Positions 16,504 to 24,558 of a stretch of DNA of 33,780 nt are shown piece by piece. Position 1 is the first letter of the stretch; each line of letters begins with the position of its first letter. The DNA is from a virus (lineage: Duplodnaviria > Caudoviricetes): positions 1-33,780 of the IMG/VR virus record IMGVR_UViG_3300027769_000083; one strand, given 5' to 3'. Both the position numbers and the translations under genes were made by a program. The notes under the pieces are model-generated. The model was not told the DNA's origin and ran no database searches. It saw only the letters and a program-made list of their open reading frames with translations.

Positions 16504-19500
16504 TTAAGAATTTGATGACAATAATTCTAACCCCAACATTAATTCTCTTGTAAGCATGTTTTCTGCAATGTTCCACCAATCATTATATGATGATATAGAT
16601 TCTGATACTGTTGTATATTTGTCATTCCAATTTATTATGCCTTCTATTTGTTGGCCAGCATAAGTTGATACATACTGATAAAAAGTATAATATTTTGTTA
16701 TATCTTCTGGTGTATATGTCGATGGCAATACTAAAGGCCAGGCCCATGCTGGCGAATATGAAGATAATGCATATGTTTTAGCAACTGGATCAATATATTG
16801 TGCTGTTAATACATTTGTGTTACAAATAGTATAATATTGTGAAAATCTTTCATATGCAACAATAAAATTATCTGTACCAGCGGTCAATACAGTGTTGAAA
16901 AAATTCAATTCGGCACCGAGATTTTTGCCATAAGAAATATCACTATCATTACTATAACCTCTTCCATTAAAATTTTCATTGAATTTGTTGCGATCACCTT
17001 TTAATTTAGACAATTTAATCGAAAAGAGATCTAATAACCGCGTGACATTTGAAGGGAAATTATATGTATTAAAAATATATAAATTTTCATTTACTAAATT
17101 ATGCAGTGTGTTTAATTTTTCTATATTGCATGTATCAATGAATGTATTATTGTCTACGAAGTTTGCAATTTTTTCATATATCTTTTTTCCTAAAAGGGTG
17201 GGTTCATCATCTATTGTACCTAAAATTGTTTTAAAAAAGTCATCAAATAAAACTGTGCTATCTCTCAATGATTCTTGAAAAGCAAAATTTTTAATTTGCG
17301 CATGCATATCAAAATTCTCATTTAATTTCGCAAGACTATATTTTCCTGATACTGGCGAAATGTTAAAAGTATTGCTGCAACACCCTTGTCGTTCATATGT
17401 TCTCTGGTTACTCAAATATTTTAGTGCGTATCTTAATCCTGTTACATCTCCACGAGAATTTATAATATTATGATAAAATCCTACAGTATTGATATCATTT
17501 AAAGGAATAATTTTTAAATTAGTGGTAGGATTACCTGTTGGATCATATGTCTTTATTATTTTTATTTGTTGGTCCGCATTATCAAATACCAATAAATCTC
17601 TTTGGGTAGTAGAAACTATGCCGTTAAAATTACACTCTAGAGATTGATTTTGTGATGTTATAGTAGCATAAAGCGTAATATCTTCTAAAAGCGTATCGAA
17701 TTTTACAATATCATTTTGATTTGCAATAAACCACAAATTCTTATCAAGATCACATGTAAACGACCATAATTTATAATCAAAATTAAAAAATGTTTGGGAT
17801 AATGTATTCTGATTTATTTTTAATAATTTATCAAATTGATTATTATTGATGTGTTTTATCAATACCCATGTAAAATTATCTACCGTACAAAGAATATCAT
17901 ATGCAATGAATGGATAATTTATATTAATTCGGTTTATTAAATTACCAAGTTTATCATACTTGCATACAAAAGAAGATAACGGATAATTATAAGCTACCCA
18001 TGCATTATCATTTATATCTATATCGAGCAATGCGGGCATTATAGAATTAGAACCCGCAGCGCCGCTCTGAGACATATAAAATGTGTTGCTGCTATAATCT
18101 TCGTTTATAAGATCTGGAACTGCATAGAATAATATGTCACCATTACTACTCAATTTACAAACGCTAACTGCATCATAAAGAGTGACCCATACATTGCCTT
18201 CGCTATCTGCAGCGATAAAACTTGGCGATGAACCAGATATAAGGCTTGTTGTTGATACAGTATTTGCATCAAAATCAATTTTTGCTACCAAATCCTGATC
18301 TGAATCTACAGCCCAGTAGTCATATGAAACTATTCCTGCATCATACCGAGGCACTATTAATGATGCATACATACCAGATAAATTAGTTGTATCTATCAAT
18401 GTCTTTACAACACCAGATTCATTTACTAAATTATCAATAGTATGTGATAGATCTATTTTATAAATATAAGTGGACTGTGGATTTGTAGCAATAATGTGTT
18501 CACTTTGAAGAGGTTGGAATGTTTCGCCCAACAATTTGTAGTCGCAGCAAACGGTAACATTATCAAATGGTATTTTAGGTACTATATATCCTTTAAAGAA
18601 TCCTAATTTTTCGTATGAGTTAAATTCGTCATAATCTTCATATACCTCAATAGCAGAAGGAATTGTAAAACCAGTTGAAGTATCTTTCAAATAAAACTTA
18701 ATAGAATTATCTGTCAAATAATCATTTTCATTTTTAAGAATAAATTTAGGCCATGATTTACTACTATAGTTATAATTGTCTTTTAGCCGTGCGACAAAAG
18801 GAATTTTTTGACCTACGAATTTATTTTTGCCTATATTAAAAGTATTATTGCTAAAATTACCTTCAGAATCTATACCATTTGTTGAGAAAACCATGCATCC
18901 TAGTTCATCTTGTGGATAAATGGTTACACCATAAGTCTCTGATGTAACATTGTTCAATACGGGATATTCGCTAATGATATTATATTTGATATTATCATTG
19001 TCATAGAAATTAGTAAAGTCAAAAGAAGCTGTTATCAGCGTAGGCGTAATAATGCTTCCGACAGGCGCCTTTACATAATCATCCGTATAATAAATTAATC
19101 TATTTCCTGAAGTTCCTGCTAGTACTGAACCTTTTTCTGTGGAATCACATAATACAATATTCCTAGATGCATCCAACTTTGCGAAAATTTGTTTATTATT
19201 TAATGTTTTGAAATGATCTATAGGTGTTACATCATATCCTGATAAAACCGGATTAAAATCAATTACAGCAAAATGGCAATTTGGTTTTAAATGGGCATAC
19301 TTATCAAGTTCGTATTTTTCTAAATCTAAAACAGGTGCTGAATTACCAGATACGTGAAGAGTTATAGTAGCGCCTTCGGTTGAAAGAATATTATAGGTTT
19401 GCCAACTATTGAACCTAGATACTAAAAAAGGCTTTTCGTAGTGAGATGCTCTTATAACTGGATTGTTGGCACCAGAAATTACTAATGTGTCGCTAATAAA

Positions 19501-19806
19501 ATCTTTTACTAAAATATTTTGACAAAATGATGATTCGTATCCAATACCACTGGCTCCGTAGAAATAGCACTTCACACTGTACGTACCCGGGATTTTATAA
19601 TAATGCGTAGCAGTAATATCTCTACTAGTTGTACCGTCACCAAAATCCCATAAAATTCTAGTATTTGAAACGGGTTTGTCATCACCCGAATCAAATTTTG
19701 GTATAAATGTAAAAGGAGTGATTGGCAATGTATACCCCGAAGTGACATGACTATACGTATAGTCTAAAACATCGAAATATAAAAATCTATAATCAGGAGT
19801 ATTCAT
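16504..19806 (-). CDS. Baseplate wedge protein (gp7-like position) with PKD domain and beta-propeller
   Basis: PKD signature 'WDFGDGTTS....ATHYY..PGTYSV'; propeller blades 'IAADSEGNVWVT', 'DIDINDNAWV', 'TVDNFTWV', 'DLDKNLWF'. Directly downstream of gp6 with a TAATG overlap. Confidence 0.7.
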   Translation of the reverse strand: MNTPDYRFLYFDVLDYTYSHVTSGYTLPITPFTFIPKFDSGDDKPVSNTRILWDFGDGTTSRDITATHYYKIPGTYSVKCYFYGASGIGYESSFCQNILVKDFISDTLVISGANNPVIRASHYEKPFLVSRFNSWQTYNILSTEGATITLHVSGNSAPVLDLEKYELDKYAHLKPNCHFAVIDFNPVLSGYDVTPIDHFKTLNNKQIFAKLDASRNIVLCDSTEKGSVLAGTSGNRLIYYTDDYVKAPVGSIITPTLITASFDFTNFYDNDNIKYNIISEYPVLNNVTSETYGVTIYPQDELGCMVFSTNGIDSEGNFSNNTFNIGKNKFVGQKIPFVARLKDNYNYSSKSWPKFILKNENDYLTDNSIKFYLKDTSTGFTIPSAIEVYEDYDEFNSYEKLGFFKGYIVPKIPFDNVTVCCDYKLLGETFQPLQSEHIIATNPQSTYIYKIDLSHTIDNLVNESGVVKTLIDTTNLSGMYASLIVPRYDAGIVSYDYWAVDSDQDLVAKIDFDANTVSTTSLISGSSPSFIAADSEGNVWVTLYDAVSVCKLSSNGDILFYAVPDLINEDYSSNTFYMSQSGAAGSNSIMPALLDIDINDNAWVAYNYPLSSFVCKYDKLGNLINRININYPFIAYDILCTVDNFTWVLIKHINNNQFDKLLKINQNTLSQTFFNFDYKLWSFTCDLDKNLWFIANQNDIVKFDTLLEDITLYATITSQNQSLECNFNGIVSTTQRDLLVFDNADQQIKIIKTYDPTGNPTTNLKIIPLNDINTVGFYHNIINSRGDVTGLRYALKYLSNQRTYERQGCCSNTFNISPVSGKYSLAKLNENFDMHAQIKNFAFQESLRDSTVLFDDFFKTILGTIDDEPTLLGKKIYEKIANFVDNNTFIDTCNIEKLNTLHNLVNENLYIFNTYNFPSNVTRLLDLFSIKLSKLKGDRNKFNENFNGRGYSNDSDISYGKNLGAELNFFNTVLTAGTDNFIVAYERFSQYYTICNTNVLTAQYIDPVAKTYALSSYSPAWAWPLVLPSTYTPEDITKYYTFYQYVSTYAGQQIEGIINWNDKYTTVSESISSYNDWWNIAENMLTRELMLGLELLSSNS

Positions 19807-21626
19807 TAAATCACTTCAATTTTGTTTATTAAATTACTTACTTGATAGAAGAAAGGAAATTGAAAATATTGTAAAGTATAATTTTGAGACGTTGATTCTA
19901 ATGTCGAATCAGGATAAAGTGGATTCCACGTTATAAAGTTAATACGCGAAACAGAAAATGCATTACCTGGATTATTTCGATATGTTTCTATTTTTGAAAT
20001 CCCTGGGATGTTCAATATATCTTGTGATAATTGCGCAAAATTTAAAATAGATCCCAATTTATTATTTGATGTATTGAAGAATTGTTCAATAATATTGAAT
20101 ACACTACTTTTTATTAATTCTCTCGATGTATTATATCCTGTTTCTCGATATATTCTTAAATAAGTCTCACTTCTTACTAATTCTGAATTAGTTTCTTCTG
20201 GAAATGGCAGGCCGATATCAAAAGCATTATATATCGGATCGCATACTACTACGTTTTGATTTATTAATTTTGTATCGGCAAATGATTCAACAATTGCTTG
20301 TTTTTGTGAGATGGGCAAAGTAAGTGGCATTTCTTCATTTAAGATAGCACCATATTTGGGGACAACAAAACAATACACATTATTAAAATCGCAGCTATCC
20401 GAAAATAGCACTTGGTTCATCAGAACTCTTTCTTCTTGGTTTGGTCTCTCTAGACCAATGTCATAAAAATATTTTAAAAATGTTTTTGTATAACTTTGAT
20501 TATTGACTACTTTTGTATCTTCAATTATATTTGAAAATTTAGATAAAATTTTAGATTCAAAATCACCCACTGTTACACATCTATTTTGAGACATGAACAT
20601 TAGCGGTGCATTTTTCTTAATTTCCGCAACTGTTTCAAATGATTTAAAATCAGTAGATGCATTTTGATTGTTTAAAGAAATATAGCTTATATTATCTGAT
20701 GTTATTTCTTCGGTATTTGATATTTTTATATCTTGATAAATCTCATTCCATCGATTTGTATTATAAAGACCCATAGAACGACCTGTCATAAGATTTGAAC
20801 CTATGCGACCAGATGATCCTTTACTTTGCAAGTAATATATTGCAATCAAATCACCTAAATTTAATTGCTTACCATTTACATTATTGCCGAATTTTAATTC
20901 ATAATTCAAATTTTCATTAAATCGTTTTTCAAAAACCCTAGCTGAAGAATCTTGCCCATATAATGTTTCTACTTCTTTCCATTCAGACCATTTCTCTGTG
21001 TATACATCTTTAATGAAAACAAATATATTATTATTATCAATGATTGTTGTGTTATTAACTAAATCCTGAATGGTGATTGTTTTTAATTCGAATGCTTCGC
21101 CCAATGCAACAGAAATAGGATATTCTTTTACATCGCCTTGATATAAAATATTATTGTTTATTACTGAATCTATATTTTCAGAATTGGCTGTAGATTTCTC
21201 AAAATATACATCTTCTGTAAAAACATAATTAGACCCGTCCACATTAATAGAAGTAAAACGCGGCAGAACATATGATCCGACTGAAATCTGAGATCCTAAT
21301 GTAAATTCACTCAATGTTACTGAAGGTGTATGGTATCCATGTGGTTTATAACCAATCAAAGAAACAATTTTATTGATATTTTCAAATAATTCTACTTGCG
21401 AAAAACTAGTTTCAGATGATGTTTGATTTAGGTAAAACATCAGAACGTGATACATATAAGCTACAACATCTACTAGTGCTGAAATATTACTGCCTTCAAA
21501 ATCAATATCCTGAAATTTTTCAGAAGTTTTTAATCGATTTACGATTAATTGTTTCATACTAACCGCATCAAATGCAGCATATGCATTTCTCGGTAAATTA
21601 AATTCTGTAAAATTTGATATTGACAT
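19806..21626 (-). CDS. gp6: Baseplate wedge subunit, T4 gp6-like
   Basis: 'FQDIDFEGSNISAL.DV.AY......YLN...SE', 'LIGYKP', 'YELKFGN..NGK', 'Y.QS.G..G', 'ET..EIK.NAP..F.SQNR.VT..DF'. Confidence 0.92.
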   Translation of the reverse strand: MSISNFTEFNLPRNAYAAFDAVSMKQLIVNRLKTSEKFQDIDFEGSNISALVDVVAYMYHVLMFYLNQTSSETSFSQVELFENINKIVSLIGYKPHGYHTPSVTLSEFTLGSQISVGSYVLPRFTSINVDGSNYVFTEDVYFEKSTANSENIDSVINNNILYQGDVKEYPISVALGEAFELKTITIQDLVNNTTIIDNNNIFVFIKDVYTEKWSEWKEVETLYGQDSSARVFEKRFNENLNYELKFGNNVNGKQLNLGDLIAIYYLQSKGSSGRIGSNLMTGRSMGLYNTNRWNEIYQDIKISNTEEITSDNISYISLNNQNASTDFKSFETVAEIKKNAPLMFMSQNRCVTVGDFESKILSKFSNIIEDTKVVNNQSYTKTFLKYFYDIGLERPNQEERVLMNQVLFSDSCDFNNVYCFVVPKYGAILNEEMPLTLPISQKQAIVESFADTKLINQNVVVCDPIYNAFDIGLPFPEETNSELVRSETYLRIYRETGYNTSRELIKSSVFNIIEQFFNTSNNKLGSILNFAQLSQDILNIPGISKIETYRNNPGNAFSVSRINFITWNPLYPDSTLESTSQNYTLQYFQFPFFYQVSNLINKIEVI

Positions 21627-21628
21627 AA

Positions 21629-22105
21629 TTAGTAGTTTGTATAACCAATACTATTTAATGCACCAGACATTGTGATTGCTGGCGTATTTAATTCGGGTAA
21701 TGAAAATGAAATTTCTATGTTGTATTCTGATGTATCGTACATTGGATATACATTAACATCATTCAATAAAATACGGGGTTCAAATAAATTTAATTTTGAC
21801 CTTATCAAGCCTGCAATATCCATAGCCCTCAATTCACTTAGTGGTTCAAATAAAAATTGTTTTAAATCCAAACCAAAATTAGGATTCAAAACCTTTTCGC
21901 CGGGCGCCGTATTAAAAATATTCCTAATAGAATTTTTAATTGCATTCAGATCATAATCTAAAATTAAATCATTAATTTCTGGATATTGCTGAAAATTGTT
22001 TTTAATCAAATATTTTTTTTGCAAATCTAAATGCAAATCAGAATAAGTAAATGCCTTGTTTTGAACACGCGGTTCAGGTAATCCACTTATTTTAATTGAC
22101 GCCAT
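21629..22105 (-). CDS. gp25: Baseplate wedge subunit, T4 gp25-like
   Basis: 'AIKNSIRNIFNT.PGEKVLNPNFG.DL...LFEP' and 'FEPRI.L..V.V'. I moved the start from the track's TTG 22120 to ATG 22105 (MASIKISG), which sits 5 nt after TAAATA. Confidence 0.92.
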   Translation of the reverse strand: MASIKISGLPEPRVQNKAFTYSDLHLDLQKKYLIKNNFQQYPEINDLILDYDLNAIKNSIRNIFNTAPGEKVLNPNFGLDLKQFLFEPLSELRAMDIAGLIRSKLNLFEPRILLNDVNVYPMYDTSEYNIEISFSLPELNTPAITMSGALNSIGYTNY

Positions 22106-22110
22106 AAAAA

Positions 22111-22116
22111 TATTTA
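22111..22116 (-). promoter_or_regulatory. T4-type late promoter TAAATA (gp25 operon)
   Basis: TAAATA ttttt ATG(22105). Confidence 0.72.
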
Positions 22117-22125
22117 ACAATTAAG

Positions 22126-22131
22126 TAAATA
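22126..22131 (+). promoter_or_regulatory. T4-type late promoter TAAATA
   Basis: TAAATA atagc ATG(22137). Confidence 0.72.
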
Positions 22132-22136
22132 ATAGC

Positions 22137-22697
22137 ATGAAGAAGAAGTTTCATGCTATTTTTGAAGCCGCGTTAAGCCGCTATTCACGCGGTGGATTTT
22201 TAGTTGGTGATTATGTTAAATTCGCTAAAAATTTTAAAACAAATGAAGCTTATAAAATGCTGGGCTCTAATATCAAACAATTACTTGATGAAATGGAATC
22301 CACGAAACTTCATCTTCGTGTTGTCGGTATTGTCGATAACAACACTCCAAGGTTTCCAGGAAATCCTGATACAATGACGGGTGATGTTACTTTAGATATT
22401 GCTTTAGATAATGGTGGTGGTCGCTATACCCATTATACAAAAATTCCCGCATGTTGTGTTGAACAAATGCAAACAGATGGAATTAATTATCCAGCTTTTG
22501 ATGCTTCTTTGGTTAGGCCCAACGGAACACAAATCAAACCCATTGAATATTCTGTAAAAGAAACAGAATCATTTAAAGCCGATAGAGGAGATGGAAAAAC
22601 AACCCCTATCGAACACAAGTTGCCCGCACAAAATGTTAAGATACCTTCACAGCAACCAACTACTGCTAGGTATCTTAAGAGTTTTCAAGAATTATAA
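22137..22697 (+). CDS. Late hypothetical protein, possibly an internal head protein
   Basis: 186-aa ORF with its own late promoter. N-terminus MKKKFHAIFE resembles T4 capsid-targeting propeptides. Confidence 0.55.
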   Translation: MKKKFHAIFEAALSRYSRGGFLVGDYVKFAKNFKTNEAYKMLGSNIKQLLDEMESTKLHLRVVGIVDNNTPRFPGNPDTMTGDVTLDIALDNGGGRYTHYTKIPACCVEQMQTDGINYPAFDASLVRPNGTQIKPIEYSVKETESFKADRGDGKTTPIEHKLPAQNVKIPSQQPTTARYLKSFQEL

Positions 22698-23609
22698 TTT
22701 TGCAATTTGTAAAATTAAAGCGAAGAAATTAATTTCTTGATCTACCACGAATGCATGTCTATACATATATTCGGTAATCACTAAAATTGTCTCTGATTTC
22801 TTTGGTTCATTCTGCCAAGAATAAACATACTGAACCATATTTTTCATAAGATTATGATAATCTGATTGAAAAGTACTTTCATTTTGAATATAAAACTTTC
22901 TACATTCAAATGGATTCTCTTTTAATCTATCAAAAATATCTTTTACAAATTCATTTTGTGTTGCTTGACTAACAATACACAATGTACCTGATGTCGAATT
23001 CTTCTGCAATTCATTAATAATCTTTCTAAAATCAGGAAAATTGTGTTTAACAAGCTCTACAAATAATGGTTTTTGATCTTCAGGTACTACAATATTCTCT
23101 TTCTTTAAAATACCAAAGCAATGTTTGATAACGTCTTGAATATTGTGATTGAAATTCAAACTAACACAGCGTGATTGTACTGCGGGAATAATTTTATGTT
23201 TATAATTTGCGGTGAGAATAAAGCGTGTATTAACAGCATATTCTTCCATTACATTGCGCAATGCCCTTTGCCCTTCAGCTGAAATACCATCTGCTTCATC
23301 TAAGATAATAACTTTGATATCTCCAGTCAAAGAACGCGTTTGAGCAAATGAAATTACTTTAGTTCTAATCGTATCAATACCATTTTCATCCGATGCATTC
23401 ACATATAGATAATCACATTCTAAAATATTATTGACAATCATCTTAGCCAAGGTTGTTTTACCTTGACCTGGTGATGAAATTAACAATAAATTTGAAATTT
23501 CTTTCTTTGCTTTATATGATTCAATGATCTTCCTGGTATCAACAGGAAGAACAATATCATCTAAAGACTTAGGTCTATACTTTTCAACCCAAATATTATC
23601 AAAATTCAT
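22692..23609 (-). CDS. gp44: Sliding-clamp loader AAA+ subunit (T4 gp44 / RFC small subunit-like)
   Basis: 'WVEKYRP..LDD', Walker A 'SPGQGKTT', 'NASDENGID.IR', Walker B 'ILDEAD', 'FILTAN' and the SRC motif. Confidence 0.95.
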   Translation of the reverse strand: MNFDNIWVEKYRPKSLDDIVLPVDTRKIIESYKAKKEISNLLLISSPGQGKTTLAKMIVNNILECDYLYVNASDENGIDTIRTKVISFAQTRSLTGDIKVIILDEADGISAEGQRALRNVMEEYAVNTRFILTANYKHKIIPAVQSRCVSLNFNHNIQDVIKHCFGILKKENIVVPEDQKPLFVELVKHNFPDFRKIINELQKNSTSGTLCIVSQATQNEFVKDIFDRLKENPFECRKFYIQNESTFQSDYHNLMKNMVQYVYSWQNEPKKSETILVITEYMYRHAFVVDQEINFFALILQIAKL

Positions 23610-23614
23610 AATAA

Positions 23615-24049
23615 TTACTTTCCCGAAGAACCAAAACCATTGGCACCACGACTTGTTTCTGTAACTGAATCAGACCAATCTGCTTCTAAACTTACTAATG
23701 GATATACAACTAACTGAGCAACACGATCACCTTTGGTAACTGTATAATCCTTATCCGAGTTATTGAATAATTTTACACCCAAATCACCTCTATATGAATT
23801 ATCAATGATACCGTTGAAAGAAGTAATATTATGTTTAAATGCCAATCCTGATCTACTTTCAATTCGAACCCAATAACCAGGAGCTAAATCTGCCAATGTC
23901 AGGCCCACAGGCACTACTGCTGATCCCCTAGCTGGAATAACCGTATCTACTACTGCTGACATATCATAACCACTATCACCTGTAAAGCTATCTGGATTGT
24001 TTTTCTTTGGTAGAACAGCGTCTGTATGTGTTTTCAAGAATTTAATCAT
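23615..24049 (-). CDS. dut: Trimeric dUTPase
   Basis: Motifs 'SGYD', 'SRSGLA', 'GIIDNSYRG', 'GDRVAQL', 'RGANGFGSSG'. Confidence 0.97.
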   Translation of the reverse strand: MIKFLKTHTDAVLPKKNNPDSFTGDSGYDMSAVVDTVIPARGSAVVPVGLTLADLAPGYWVRIESRSGLAFKHNITSFNGIIDNSYRGDLGVKLFNNSDKDYTVTKGDRVAQLVVYPLVSLEADWSDSVTETSRGANGFGSSGK

Positions 24050-24055
24050 ATTATA

Positions 24056-24084
24056 ATTATAGGTGATGCTTGATAAATTATCAA
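24056..24084 (-). promoter_or_regulatory. Sigma70-type (early) promoter TTGATA-N17-TATAAT for dut-gp44
   Basis: Minus strand reads TTGATA atttatcaagcatcacc TATAAT tataat ATG(24049): near-consensus -35, perfect -10, 17-nt spacer. Confidence 0.82.
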
Positions 24085-24090
24085 TAAATA
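24085..24090 (+). promoter_or_regulatory. T4-type late promoter (A)TAAATA
   Basis: TAAATA attttt ATG(24097). Confidence 0.72.
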
Positions 24091-24096
24091 ATTTTT

Positions 24097-24558
24097 ATGT
24101 CAGATGATGAATCAATAGACTGTGTAGATACCCTCATAAATCAACTAAAATCTATTCCTAAAGCGACGAAAGAAATAGATCAAGTAGAAGATACCCTAAC
24201 AAAAGAAAATCTCGAAGAATTCATTTTAAAACACACAGGCAATCTTGTTAAACAAGCATCAGAATCAGTAACCTTAGTTAGAGACTATGTCGAAGCAGCT
24301 CCCAATGCTGAAGAAGTAACTGCATTAGCTGAATTAATCAAAGCTACTTCATCAGCTGTAGAAAGTTTAAATCGAATTCTTATTACAGATAAGAAAACAA
24401 GTACTGCTATTAAGATCAAAGAAATGGATAATAAGAGCAGACAAAAAGAATTAGATGCAGTAGTGGGATTGAAACTACGGTCGACCAGAGAAGAATTAAT
24501 GAAACAATTAATTAATGCTACAGTAATTGAAAATACGCCCGAATTAACTAATGATTAA
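24097..24558 (+). CDS. Probable terminase small subunit (T4 gp16-like)
   Basis: Helical pattern 'NLVKQASESV.......APNAEEVTALAELIKA.S..VESL' and C-terminal 'STREELMKQL' parallel gp16 of T4-like cyanophage-type phages; late promoter upstream. Confidence 0.65.
   Translation: MSDDESIDCVDTLINQLKSIPKATKEIDQVEDTLTKENLEEFILKHTGNLVKQASESVTLVRDYVEAAPNAEEVTALAELIKATSSAVESLNRILITDKKTSTAIKIKEMDNKSRQKELDAVVGLKLRSTREELMKQLINATVIENTPELTND

Noticed and set aside
22106-22120. Track's TTG start at 22120 for gp25
   Set aside because: It lies upstream of the late promoter box; ATG 22105 fits the TAAATA-N5 rule.
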